64,000 bases of DNA from Priapulus caudatus (taxonomy: Eukaryota). Position 1 is the first letter of the stretch. The number at the start of each line of letters is the position of its first letter. Of the stretch, positions 41,315-54,110 are shown one piece after another. The notes beneath the pieces are model-generated. The model was not told the origin of the DNA and searched no databases. It saw nothing but the letters and a program-made list of their open reading frames with translations. Where the stretch lies: assembly GCF_000485595.1 (NCBI RefSeq), contig NW_014577071.1:881600-945599 (forward strand). Direction: 5' to 3'. Both the position numbers and the translations under genes were made by a program.

Positions 41315-42808
41315 ATGGATGCTACTCGCTTTGCTAGCGGGGTTACTTAACACGAACACTCTTGCTTTGTAGCAAGTCTTTTAGTGATTATTGTAATTCG
41401 CTATCTGGTGGTGAGACCACGAAACTTGCCACCTGGGCCATGTGGCATACCGATATTTGGCTACGTCCTATGCTTATATAGGACCGGTTATCCATGGGAT
41501 ATCATCTTCAAAAGGAGAGAGAAATATGGCGACATTTGGAGCATGTATCTCGGATCACGGCTGGTTGTTGTGCTGCATAACTGGAAGTTGGCGAAAGAAG
41601 CGCTGATAGACCAAGCAGATCATACGTCCTTCAAAGCTAGTCAGCACAGCTTGAAAGTCCAGTGCGATGGCGGCGGTGGTTTAGTCCATTCGAATGGCCG
41701 ACAATGGAAAGAACATCGGAGATTTTTGCTGAAATCACTGAGGGGATTTGGTGTTGGAACAAAGTCTATCGAAGAGAGAATTATGGAAGAAGTAGATTAC
41801 CTAACAACGCAGATGGCGGCGCAACAAGGCAAGCCCTTCGTCATTTCCAACTACTTGCACTTGGTGTCTGCAAATGTTATGCTTCACGTAGTTTTCGGAA
41901 AACGATTTGACCTTGATAACAAGGACTTTCATGTACTTGTACCAGCAATACTTGGCATATTTCATGACCAAGACGAATTTGTGAACCCTTTGATTTATTT
42001 ACCATGGTTAAGGAATTTGCCGATTATCCGCACTAGATATAACAAATACTTTAGCGATCTCTGCACTGTTATAAACTGGTGTAAGCAGTAAATAGCTGAA
42101 CATCGTTCCACCTATGATGCAAACTGCATTCGGGATGTCGTCGATGACTATATCAGAGAACAAAAGGAACAGTTCAAGTTGCTAGGTGAAGACAGTACAT
42201 TTACTGAGGGCCAGTTCGCAAAAACCATGTTTGATCTTCTCATCGCTGGCATCGAGACCTTCAGCACCACCTTTGACTGGTTCGCACTCTGCACGGCTAT
42301 GTATACCGATGTTCAGAGCAAAGTGCGTACAGAGATTGATGAGGTAATCGGGACAAGGCTGCCAACTTACGAAGATCGTCTGAAGATGCCCTACACAGAG
42401 GCTACCTGTATGGAGCTGCAGAGGATTGGGAATATTGGCATGTCCTTACTTCTCCGCACGGTCACCAAAGGTATTGAACTTGGAGGACACAACATTCCGG
42501 CAGGCGCGTCTCTGTTAGTCAATGCGTACACTATGCAGATTGATGAAGACTATTGGAAGAACCCCGATGAGCTTAATCCGGACAGATTTCTTGATGGTAG
42601 CGGTAAAGTCATCGTGAAACCGGACTCGTTCATGCCATTTTCGTTGGGTCGCAGAAACTGCATCGGCGAATCACTAGGTAGAACGTCCATCTTACAAAAA
42701 TTCGAACTTACGTTTCCGAAAGGAGCCCCGCTACCAACCACGGAGCACATATCTCGCGGTATTACTATGGCTCCGACCCCTTATGAGATATGCGCAATAC
42801 AGAGATAG
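41315..42808 (+). pseudogene. Cytochrome P450 copy C (in-frame TAA at 42089-42091; 21-nt deletion of MELFLFL after the heme loop; 5' indels)
   Basis: ORFs 41384-42091 and 42179-42808 are in the same frame, and all P450 motifs are present. Confidence 0.93.
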
Positions 42809-43017
42809 TTTTATAACCAATCCATATATTGAAATATGTGTTAGAATTACGACTATTGAGTTGTTCAACATTATATGTTGAATTTGCAGATTAGCAAGAA
42901 ACTGATTTGTTATAATATTGATCAAGGGCGGAATCAAGTATTTCTCGAATTAAAACAGTTATATGTGTTAGAATTATGACTATTGAGTTGTTCAATAATA
43001 TATGCTGAATTTGCAGA

Positions 43018-43489
43018 TGAGAACAGACCACTATTAAATCCTCCATAAGATCCTATACTTAGGAATTGAATTACAGGAGCTTAAAAATTGTATTTCGACC
43101 GTTTTCGACCGAGTGGCAATATTAAAGCTAGGTAGCCATGTACTTCAGCTGTGCACCATGAGAGTTATGCATATGTTGTCCAGCGTTTTAAAAAAAATGT
43201 CGCGAATTTACTAACCGACACCACATTTGTCCCTGAAAAACTGTCGCGCAGTCGAATACGGGCCATACATTAAAAGAATTTGTTTTAAATTACCAGTAAC
43301 CATCCACCCATCTCCATGTGCATGTCATTGCCACACACGATAGCCAGCCTAAATAATACAACCACAAAACATCGCGTCAGCTTTAATGCACGAGCTGCGG
43401 GCCTTCCGATTGGTCGGCCGATGACGCGTCACATTCTCTAACCTAACAGCGTAATGAACCGGTAGTGATTTAATAGTGGTCACGTGTCA
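43018..43489. mobile_element. Small TIR element inserted in the 127-bp repeat (left-truncated copy at ~37620-37919)
   Basis: TIR TGAGAACAGACCACTATTAAATC / GATTTAATAGTGGTCACGTGTCA. The empty site GAATTTGCAGATTAAC is seen inverted at ~48908-48923. Apparent 2-bp GA duplication. Confidence 0.7.
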
Positions 43490-45119
43490 GATTAACAAAA
43501 AGCTGATGGGTTATAACATTGATCGAAGAAAACCACGCTATACTGAGTGCGGATAACTGGGTTCAACGAACAATAGTCCGCGGTTTTACATATAGTACAC
43601 ACGTAAACTATATGTCAAAATGTATGACGCTGTATAAGCTTAATGCATCGTCCGTCAAGTATCCTGCAAAGAGCGTAGTAGCAATAATGGACACATCGCA
43701 CCCGCGACGCACGCACGCCACGCACGTACGCCGTTCTTACGCGCACGCACGCACGCACTTCCACGCGACACTCACGCGCAGACAGCCTAGCTGGTAGTCA
43801 TGCGTTAATAGAAGAAATTGACCTATTTTAAAACATTGTACTGTCTTATCCGGTTTAACCCCATAGGTCCACTGCAATAACAACCTGGCCAGTGCAGCTG
43901 GCTGTGGTGGCGGATGCGTGAGAGCTGGGGTGGGGTGGGAGTACGACAGCAGAGTGATGCATCATTGTGTAACGACGACCCAGTGTGAAATTGACTCCTT
44001 ATAATCCGTTTTCACGTCGTATATGTCGGCCCTTAACAGAAGCGGTCTTTACCAATATTAACCTTATTTCCCTATGTGAAACGCTCGTCCATAATATTGT
44101 ATCCAAATCGATGACAAAGTCATCGCGACGCAACTGCATAATGACAGCATATGTCAATGTTCATAAATATTTGCAAGCCTGTTGGTAAAGCTGCAGTGCC
44201 TGAAAAGTTTAGGCGGCATTAATACTTGCAAGCCTAGTGTTAAAGACTGCAGGCTAAGTATCACGGCATGCAACAAAGATTGCAATTCCATTTGCAATTA
44301 TCGTTACTACGCTACTTATTGCTCAGTGAATTATTAATTTTTGATTCACATTAATATAAACAACATTGTACATTTAAAATTATAATTCACTGCACCACGA
44401 TAGTGTCGTATGAAACAGATCGACTGTTATGAAAGTATCACTTGTGCTCTCCTTTCAGGCTGCGCCTCATGAACGGGGTGGACTTTCTCTTTAATCCGCA
44501 CAGCTATAGCAATATTACGAAGCAGTATCCCGCATAATCCCGTGCAGGACACGGCGCGTCTAGAACATTTCGCCTCCTCTAGATGAAGGATCTTTAGATG
44601 CGATTACCTGCCACACCGGAAAACTAAATCACACACACACAACACGCACAACACACCACACACCCACCCACACCGTGCCCCATTACACTGACACACGCAC
44701 ACACACCGACACACACACAACAAACACACGCACACACAACACACACACACACACACCACACACACACACACACACAAACACACTCTCGCGCGGCGCGCCC
44801 GCGCCCCATACACGTTACACACGCACGACACGGCACACACAAACAAACACACACACACACACACACACACACAACTACACACAGACACACAACCACACAC
44901 ACACACACACCACACACACACCCACCACACCGACTCACGCCTACATAGAGAAGCATAGTCGAGGGCGACAAACACATATATAGGCAATATCTATTATGGA
45001 TAAACATAATTGTCCAGTGTAACTGCGCGCGACTGCCACCACAGTAACACCAGGAGTTACACCGTCCGGCATATATATTAGGAAAACCTTCTCTTGGCTC
45101 GCTATATGTAAGCGTATTT

Positions 45120-46691
45120 ATAGATTACTCGCTTTGCTACTGCGGTTACTTTAACACGAACACTGCTGCTTTGCTAGCAAGTCTCTTTATCATTATTTGT
45201 AATTCGCCTATTCTAGCGTGGGAGACACGAAACTTGCACCGGGCATAGTGCATACTCGCATATTTCAGTAACCTCCTAGTCCTCTCTCACCGGGTATCCA
45301 TGGTATTCATCTGCAAAATGGCATCCGAGAAATATCGGCGACATTTGGAGCATTGTATCTCGGATCACGGCTGGTTGTTGCTTTGCTGGCATAACGGAAG
45401 TTGGCGAAAGAGAGCGCTGATTAGACCAAGCAGATCATGTACAGTCTTTCAATCTATCAGCATGGCCTTAAGTTGCCAAACTGATAAGGAGGCCGGGGGT
45501 TTAGTTCACGCTATACGGCGACAATGGAACGAACATCGGGATTCTTGCTAAATTCCATGAACGGGTATTTCGGTGTGACAAAAGTCTATCGTAGCAGAGG
45601 AAATTATGAGAAAGAGAAGATTATCTAACGACGCAGTATGGGACGCAGAACAACGCAAGCCCTTCGTATTTTTCCCAACTACTGACATTGATGTCTACGC
45701 ATGTTATTTCTTGCACATACCGTTTTCGCCGAAACGATTGAATTAATAATACGGAATTTATTACTTGTCATGCTGCATTACGTCGTATGGTCCATGACTA
45801 GAAGAGTTTTGTAAAACCTTTGATTTAATTTGCATGTTAAGGCATTTCCATTTCATATAACGACGAAATATACCAAAATCTTAACATCTATGACCACTGT
45901 TTTGAATTGGTGTGTAGCAAGAAATATCTGACTCGATCTCACCTAGTGTGATACAAACTGATCCGGGATGTCGTCGATGACTTATATCAGAGAACAAAAG
46001 AAACAGTTCCAGGTGCTAGTGAAGGAAAAGTACAATTTACTGAGGGCCCGAGTTTACAAAAAACCCTTGTTGTGCCATCTTCTACCGCCTATCCTCGCTG
46101 GCATCGAGCGGACCTTCAGCACACCTGTGTGCAACTGGTTTCGCACTCTACATGCGCTATTGTATCCCGATGTTTCAGATGCAAGTGCAGTGGCAAGCAT
46201 GATGAAGGTAATCGGACAAGCTGGCCAACTTACGAGCAATCCGCTCTGAAGAGCCCTACAGAGGCCTTACTGTCATGGAGCTGCAGAGATCTCCCGAAAT
46301 CATTTGATGATCCTGTTCATCCGTACGGTCACCAACGATGTTGAACTTAATGGTTACAATATTCCAGAAGGAACTTCATTATTAGTAAAACGTGTACACT
46401 ATGCAGATGGATGAGGAATATTGGAAAAATCCCGATGAAGTTAAACAGAAAGATTTATTGATGATGAGGAAAGGTTACTAAACCGCACTCATATATGCCA
46501 TTTTCAATTGGGTCGCAGAAACTGCATCGGTGAGTCTCTGGCAGAATGGAACTGTCCTGTTTCTTACGTCAATCATTCAAAAATTTGAATTGAAACTTCC
46601 AGAGGGTGCCAAAATACCAAGCACTGATCATATATCCAAAGGAATAACAATGGTTCCGAAAATGTACAAACTTTGCGCAATACAGCGATAG
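45120..46691 (+). pseudogene. Cytochrome P450 copy D, a more divergent paralog, heavily indel-ridden (pseudogene or raw-read sequence)
   Basis: Homology through to ...LKLPEGAKIPSTDHISKGITMVPKMYKLCAIQR*; distinct 3' flank with AATAAA at ~46871. Confidence 0.8.
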
Positions 46692-48599
46692 ATTCATAAA
46701 AATCCATTTGTCTGAATGTATGCGTGTGTGAGGGTGGGGGAGCTATAGTGTTTGGGTTATTAGTGTGCGCACAAATATTTTGTCTAATATATATATATAT
46801 ATATATATTTTTTATGTATATAGCAATTTATTAGTTGTATTATATAGTATATATATATATAATCAATTTAAATAAATAAAATCATTACAAACCAAGTTTT
46901 CTTCTTTCCTATTAAACTTCTTTTAATCACTAGCTATGGTTCTTGACTTATTTGTCTGGGTATTTCTGTCAACAGAACATTCACAATTAAAATAGTCACT
47001 GATATCAGAGCAACCCTTATTATTATCAATTATTGTTCCGCCAGAAAAACGCACAACGCCAGGGGGCGGTATTGTATATCCGGTAACAGATTTAAGTGCT
47101 AGTTATTGGTGTTGTACAACAATAGGGAACGTCCGTAGGCAGCAGCCCTGAATTTGCAACGAACAGAAATTCATTAAAAATACTCAGCGAGCTTCATCGC
47201 ATACACAAAATACGCTTTATTTATGCTAAATAACCACGGATTCAAGGTCTAAACTCCGTTCGAAAATTTTACCAGCTAAATGATGCGCATTTCCAGAAAG
47301 TAGTTGGATGCTATTTCAAACACGAAAACGGGGGAGCGGACACAATAACTACACCAACTGACAGGATGGCACAATTACACGGGGAGTCTAATCTCATTTC
47401 TCATGGTTTCTAGACGTCCACGTAGCACCAACCTTGCGTGCATAATGCAAATTAAGTGCACTCTAGTGTCGAATTTTACCGCAAAAATTCAAAAGAAGGC
47501 ATTTTCCAGAGACGAAATAGTGCAACACTAGTAAACAATTAGCGAAGGCTACTATTGTTATGCCACCTTTTAATTTTGTTTCCTGCATGTCGTACGATGG
47601 CAGGTAATACGGTGGGAAATCAGCCAATGATCGCTGGGACAGTCAAGAATAAAATCGGTTTTTAGTATATCAGTGTATTTGAATTATTTATTTCTAAAAA
47701 AAAAACTCTTTGAAATTGTTAAATTCAGAAACTAGAATCCTTGCTGAATTTCACAGTGTGTGTGCTCACTCAACTGCTGAGCTCAACCAGCGTAGCACAT
47801 ATAAAGATGCGATATAAGAATCGTGTGCGTGCGTGTATGCGTGTGCGTGCGTGTGCCCGTGTCTGTGTGTGAGCGCCTCTGACGTGCGCGCGTGGCGTGC
47901 GTGTGTGACATGCACGCGTGATATATATAAAGGGATTCTAGGTTAAATTGACTACGTTACGAATTTTCTATGGTAACATTTGTAAAATGTTTGTTGCCAT
48001 TTTTTTACATTAAAAGTAAGAACTAACGGGACTAAACGTATCGTCAAATTTTTACCTGATAACTCTCAACTAGTTAAAAATCCAAAAAAACCTGGACGAT
48101 TTGATATTAGTGTTCCTAACATTAATTGCTTGCTATGGGCTATGTATGCGTCACGAGTGTATGTTCACATTGAACAATATAGTAAAATAAGAAGTATAAT
48201 GCATTTTAGCAAGTAGTCGGATCCCGTCTCCAACACGAAAACGGCGGACCGGTTACCATGACCACGCAACGACACAATTACACAACAAGACCAATCATAC
48301 TGTTCATGCTTTCAGACGTCTATAGGGCATCTACCTTGCGTGAATAATGCAAAACTAGCACACTCTAGTAACGAATATTTTCGCGAGAAAGATCAGAAAA
48401 TGCATTTTTCAGAGACGAAATAGTCCAACATTGGGGAACAATTGGCGGAAGACTAGTGATGTCTGCTTCCTATAAGTGCCTCACATATACATTTTTCTAG
48501 GAAAGTAACGCGAACTCTCGGAGGCAATTCATGTAAACGTACCCTAAACAAAATGCTAAGCTCGACCAGCGTAACAGAATATATAGATGCATAATCATT

Positions 48600-49150
48600 A
48601 TTTTGCGTACGTGTGTGCGTTTGCGTGCGTGTGTCCGTGTCTGTGCGCGAATGCGCGAGAACGTGCGTGACGTGCGTGAGTGCGTGCGAGCGGTTGCGTG
48701 CGTGCGTGCGTGCGTGTGTGTGCATCATTACTCTTACTCTTCTTTGCAGGATACTTGACGGACGATGCATTAAGAGTCATATATTTTGACATATAGTTTA
48801 CGTGTAGACTAATGTAAAACCGCGGACTATTGTTCGTTTGAACCCAGTTATCCGCACTCAGTATAGCGTGGTTTTCTTCGATCTATATTATAACCAATCA
48901 GTTTTTTGTTAATCTGCAAATTCAGAATATATTATTGAACATCTCAATAGTCGTAATTCTAACACATATAACTGTTTTAATTCGAGAAACACTTGATTCC
49001 GTTCTCGATCAATATTATAACAAATCAGTTTCTTGCTAGTCTGCAAATTCAGCATATATTATTGAACAACTCAATAGTCGTAATTCTAACACATATAACT
49101 GTTTTAATTCGAGAAACACTTGATTCCGCCCTCGATCAATATTATAACCA
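48600..49150 (-). repeat. Inverted copy of the P450 3' flank (127-bp array plus downstream spacer)
   Basis: The reverse complement matches the 127-bp unit and 37920-38130. Confidence 0.85.
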
Positions 49151-49723
49151 GATGATTCACACGTGAATTAAAGGTGAGATGTGTAAATGTATAAAATGAT
49201 ATCTGATGTATAATGTATTTATATTAAAACATATTAGAAAAAATAATGTCAATATTAGAGATATCATCACTACATAACTGTGTGCTAAGACCCGACTAAC
49301 ATTTAAAAGTTTTATATAGAGACAGTTTGAAATATACATGTGTAATAGACTGACAATATATGGCTTCGCTGATGGTTTGTGGCGGCCATTTTGAATTCTT
49401 GGCTTTCAATGGTCGTATGTTGTGGGTGTAATTAGTTTAGGAATGTGCATGACTGTTTAATGAGCAAAACAATATCAAATGTTTGAAGATTGACCGAATA
49501 TTACAGAAGTTATTGCATGTTTAGCATGCCTACCCCCTTAATTTATACGCACTCCAATGGGAATATATACGATCTGCATTTTTTGTGATAAAAGAAAATT
49601 GCCCAAGGGTGCCAATGTGACACTCGGTGGATTCTGGTTCAGGATAGTTTAAAGATCAGGAAACCACAAAAAACCCTGTATATATACCTGATTGCAACGC
49701 TCAGTCATTTGGCAACAGGACTA
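49151..49723. mobile_element. Fragment of an Academ-like non-autonomous element
   Basis: Right end ...TTGGCAACAGGACTA (reverse complement TAGTCCTG...), with an internal GGCGGCCATTTTG motif. Left end not found. Confidence 0.4.
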
Positions 49724-50175
49724 TATGCCATTATCGGAGCAATTTCGTCAATATAAAAGGGATTCTAGGTAAAATGACATGCTAGTTACACCTTGTAGTG
49801 AGTTGCCGAGCATATATTAGACCGATTCTTCGGCGTTCATTATAAATATTGCCCAGACTGGTTTTCCCAGATACCTGATGGACTATATAGCCATGAAACT
49901 CATGTAAACATACCAATGTTGACACATGTTGGCTTACTTGTACACTATGTCGTAAAGATTTTCTGCTAAGCTGAACAAACAGACGTCAATTGGTTGCTGT
50001 AATAAGGGTGGGAGTCTAACTACTCACTTCGATTTACTTCTTTTTAGCTTGCCATTATTGTACATCTTGCATGGTCTATAATATGAATCCAGTGAATTGC
50101 GCGCAGACGGGTCGCACAGCTAGGCTCGCGTTATAAATCAGGCAACCTTCTCTTGCCTCGCTGTACGATAGCGAT

Positions 50176-50792
50176 ATGGATCTCTTCGCTTTGCTATGAT
50201 GCCACCTATGATGCAAACTGCATTCGGGATGTCGTCGATGATTATATCAGAGAACAAAAGGAACAGTTTAAGTTGCTTGGAGAAGAAAGTACATTTACTG
50301 AGAGCCAGTTCGCAAAAACCCTGTCTGATCTTATTATTGCTGGCATCGAGACCTTCAGCACCACCTTTGACTGGTTCGCATTCTACATGGCTATGTGTCC
50401 CGATGTTCAGAGCAAGGTGCGTACAGAGATTGATGAGGTAATCGGGACAAGGCTGCCAACTTACGAAGATCGTCTGAAGATGCCCTACACAGAGGCTACC
50501 TGTATAGGGCTGCAGAGGATTGGGAATATTGGGCATGGCCTTGTTCTTCGCACGGTCACCAAAGATATTGAACTTGAAGGATACAACATTCCGGCAGGGT
50601 CGGCTCTGATAGTCAATGTGTACACTATGCAGATTGACGAAGGATATTGGAAGAACCCCGATGAGCTTAATCCGGACAGATTTCTTGATGGTAGCGGTAA
50701 CGTCATCGTGAAACCAGGCTCGTTCATGGCATTTTTGTTGGGTCGCAGAAACTGCATCGGCGAATCACTAGGTAGAATGGAACTATTCTTGT
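50176..50792 (+). pseudogene. Cytochrome P450 copy E: ~770-nt internal deletion after codon 7 and 3' truncation after MELFL
   Basis: ATGGATCTCTTCGCTTTGCTA is joined to the mid-gene ...CCACCTATGATGCAAAC. After 50792 the sequence switches to spacer homologous to ~57643 onward. Confidence 0.9.
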
Positions 50793-50919
50793 CTACGCTC
50801 CATCTACACAACGTTTTGCGATTATACGCGACTGTGTACTAAAATGGAAAGCGTTAATTTACTTTGCCGGGCTGCATTAAATACCCACTCGTCAGGACGT
50901 GAGGCAAGATAGGGGGGGG

Positions 50920-50965
<46 letters not shown>

Positions 50966-51182
50966 GTATCTGGGATCGCTATACAGTTCAGTTGGTTGGA
51001 TTTCATATCAGCCAGCGGAATGAAATATCATTGTATAATACTCCCTCTAATATGCCATTATCGGCGCAAACTCGTGCTAAATAATAAATTAAAATAAATA
51101 ACATGCTAATGACACTTGTGGTAAGTTGGAGAGCATATATCAATGCATACATTCAGAGCCAAAACAAGGTCGTGACCTCATT

Positions 51183-51425
51183 GGGTGTTGCTAGAACGGT
51201 CGTCGAAGGAGGGTGCCGTTACGTGGCAGCACTAGTCACTTCGTACGCTTCAAAGTCCAAATCTTCCACAGTCATACTTCCGTGCTAGACATGGCCATAT
51301 TTTCCTAACTCTAACCCAAACCCTAATCCTAACTCTAACCCTAACCCTGACCCTAATCCTAATCCTAACACAAGTGCAGCCACATCACGTGACCCTCCTT
51401 CGACGCCCGTGCTCTAGCAAATCCC
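51183..51425. mobile_element. MULE/Mutator-like MITE with internal telomere-like (CCCTAA)n
   Basis: 9-bp TSD GACCTCATT (51174-51182, 51426-51434), single copy in the paralogous spacer at ~58350. Imperfect ~50-bp TIRs GGG...CCC. Confidence 0.85.
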
Positions 51426-51510
51426 GACCTCATTGGTGCAGGTGGAAAGCGACCACCCGCCTAAAGTTTTGAAGAAAAATAATAAACACGGTTAGGTGTA
51501 CTAAACGTAA

Positions 51511-51772
51511 TTAGTATCATCGCCCGAGTGATTATAGGAAATCCTGCGCGCTGATTGGTCGAGACCTAGGTGAATATTTTTCAATAATCACCTCTAGGGT
51601 TTACATTGTAGTGGTGCCAAAAATGGCGGCTAGATTTGTAAATGTTACGGCAAATTTTGTCGTGGCAAATTTTCTTTTTTTTTCAAAGAAAATTTATTTT
51701 AAATTAATTAATTATTAATTATTTATTAATTAATAAAAAAAATTTCACTTCGCCTTCGCGAATAATTGCTAA
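51511..51772. mobile_element. Crypton-like non-autonomous element
   Basis: Absent from the paralogous spacer (~58431 GTAAAATAACC). Termini TTAG...CTAA. The end TTCACTTCGCCTTCGCGAATAATTGCTAA resembles CryptonV-type ends. No TSD. Confidence 0.55.
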
Positions 51773-52479
51773 ATAAACCTTACACATTAAGTTATTTCAC
51801 GTATCTCCTCTGAAACCGCCGTAAAGAATGTGCCCATTTTTCCTATTTTCCTATTATCGGGGGGGGGGTCCAATGTGGCGAAGACAATGCGCCATGTCAC
51901 TAGGCTTTATTTTGCATGACAACGTTACTAAAGCAACATTTCAACGACAACAACATTTCAGCGCGTTCCCCTTTGGCAGGTCGCCATTGCGATCGGTAAG
52001 TGCTGCCATATCTACGAACAATTATTAACTAGAAAAAGAGCATGCGTGGCGCTATTTTGGTGCAAATCTGACAGCAGCAGACAACACAGGCGAATCGGCA
52101 CACAGGCAACATAAATCTTAAATAACTACTCATAATATCGTTATTAGTGTAATTAATAGTGATAACAGTATTAGTATAGCATTCAAGAAGCCATTCAATG
52201 TGATAATGTGAGCTTTTCATTGCGTGGAGTGAGTAGATACGGGTTTTCATGTTCAAGTGCGTGAGAATGGGTTTGTACGCCGTATCATAATCATGTGTAT
52301 GCATTAACCCGACCAGGCTGTGTGACTAACGTCAATATACATTATTGACGTATATTCTTTACGTATACATTCGTGACGGGGTATTCTAACCCTAGCAATA
52401 CCGTTTCTTGAAGTGTTAGCATATGCATGTACCGTTGTACGTGTGAACTGTATGTAGATGTAGGCGCCTACGAGGCTAC

Positions 52480-53090
52480 GTAAGTGACAGTAGATTGAGA
52501 TGTGTGACTGTAAACTGAGTGTTACGTATGTGACTATAGACTGAGATGTAACAGTAGACTGAGATGCACGTGTGTGACAGTAGATTAAGATGTATGACTG
52601 TAAACTGATACACGTACGTGACTGTAGCCTAAGATGCACGTACGTAACTATAGACTGATATGCACGTATCATGTGACTGTACATTTGAGATGTTGCGTAT
52701 GTGACTGTAGATTGAGATGTGCGTTATGTGCTGTAGGTTGAGATGCGCATATGTGACTGTAGTGAGATGGCGTATGTGACTGTAGATTGAGATGTGCGTA
52801 TGTAACTGTAGATTGAGATGTGGTTGTAGCAGTATTCATATTATTTCATGCACTGCACCGACGCGCCATCTGTTATAAGCGCTGTACGTGAGTGAAAGAA
52901 TCCAACATGGCAGCGCGCCCCTGTCAACATTGTAACTTCGTTCGTGCTTAATAAATCATCTTAACTACAACCAAGACTTGTCGAATACCATTACACGTAT
53001 GTGACTGTAGATTAAGATGTGCGTATGTGGACTGTAGGTTGAATGTGCGTAGTGACTGTAGATTGAGATGTGCGTATGTGACTCAGACTG
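52480..53090. repeat. ~26-bp minisatellite (GTGACTGTAGATTGAGATGTGCGTAT)n, interrupted at 52825-52995
   Basis: Direct reading of tandem units. Confidence 0.85.
52825..52995 (+). mobile_element. Possible short solo LTR
   Basis: TGTAGCAGTATTC ... GAATACCATTACA imperfect inverted TG..CA ends, with an internal AATAAA. TSD not clean. Confidence 0.35.
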
Positions 53091-53459
53091 CATGTAGACC
53101 CAGACCGAGATAGCTCCTGACTTGTTGGTTCTTATAATTAGTTCCTGACTAGGCCTAGGCCTACTTCTTTCTTCGGTGTCCGACATTAGGTTCTGCACGC
53201 GCACCAAAACTGTGTAGGCCTACGGGTTTACTTTAGCTTTGACTTTGCATTGAAAAATATAGTGTCTTGTGTCATCTTATAATATTAGGTTTATATATAA
53301 TATCTTATATTTTTTTTAGGTTATTTATAAACTTTTATTTATTATTATTAGGTTTATTTATTAGGTTTATTTATAATATCTTATAATATTAGTCAATATA
53401 TAACATTATAGTGGATGATGTGTTTTACCAATGTATCCGTTCCTCAGAACTGTATAGCT

Positions 53460-54110
53460 CTGTGATACTCACATCTCTCAATGAGACAACTTTGACACTA
53501 AATAAAAAAAGTCATAAAGAAACTACCAGGTTTCTCCAAAACCTACACCAGTGCACACAAAGCCATCTCGCATAATGAAAACGAGACCAACAACTACCTC
53601 CATGGAATTCCTTCACTCTATTACCCCTACCGGCATGCCTCCATACCGCCTTATTTTAAAACCAAGAGCAATAATCATGCTATTACGCAACCTAGATATA
53701 ACTAAAGGACTCTGCAACTGCACCAGACTCTACATTAGGAACCTCCACGACTATATTCTAGATGCCGAAAATCTTCAATGGAAGCCAGTCTCACAAAGAT
53801 CCTCATCCCGTATGTGTTTACTTGCCCATCCGACGCAAACCTTCCCTTCACACATACAGCGGATTCAATTTCCAATCAGACTTGCCTACTCTATGGATAT
53901 AAACAAGTCCCAGAGCCAGACTTTCGACAAACTCGGACTCTACCCTCCAGCCCTTGTGTTCTCCCACGGCCAGCTATATGTTGCTTTTCATGTGCCAGAG
54001 GCTACTCCAACACTACAATCAAGTGGACAAACACTTCATCACAACGGTCTTGTTCTACAAAACAGGACCCTCAGGCAAAATGTTCATTACAAGGAAATCT
54101 TTTACAGGAC
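53460..54110 (+). pseudogene. PIF1-like Helitron helicase C-terminal fragment
   Basis: EFLHSITPTGMPPYRLILK, IMLLRNLD..GLCN.TRL, R.QFPIRLAYSMDINKSQSQT, VFSHGQLYVAF and NVHYKEI motifs; frameshifted. Confidence 0.9.

Noticed and set aside
52480..53090. Regular ~26-bp repeats as a possible CRISPR array
   Set aside because: Head-to-tail units without unique spacers, eukaryotic context and no cas genes.
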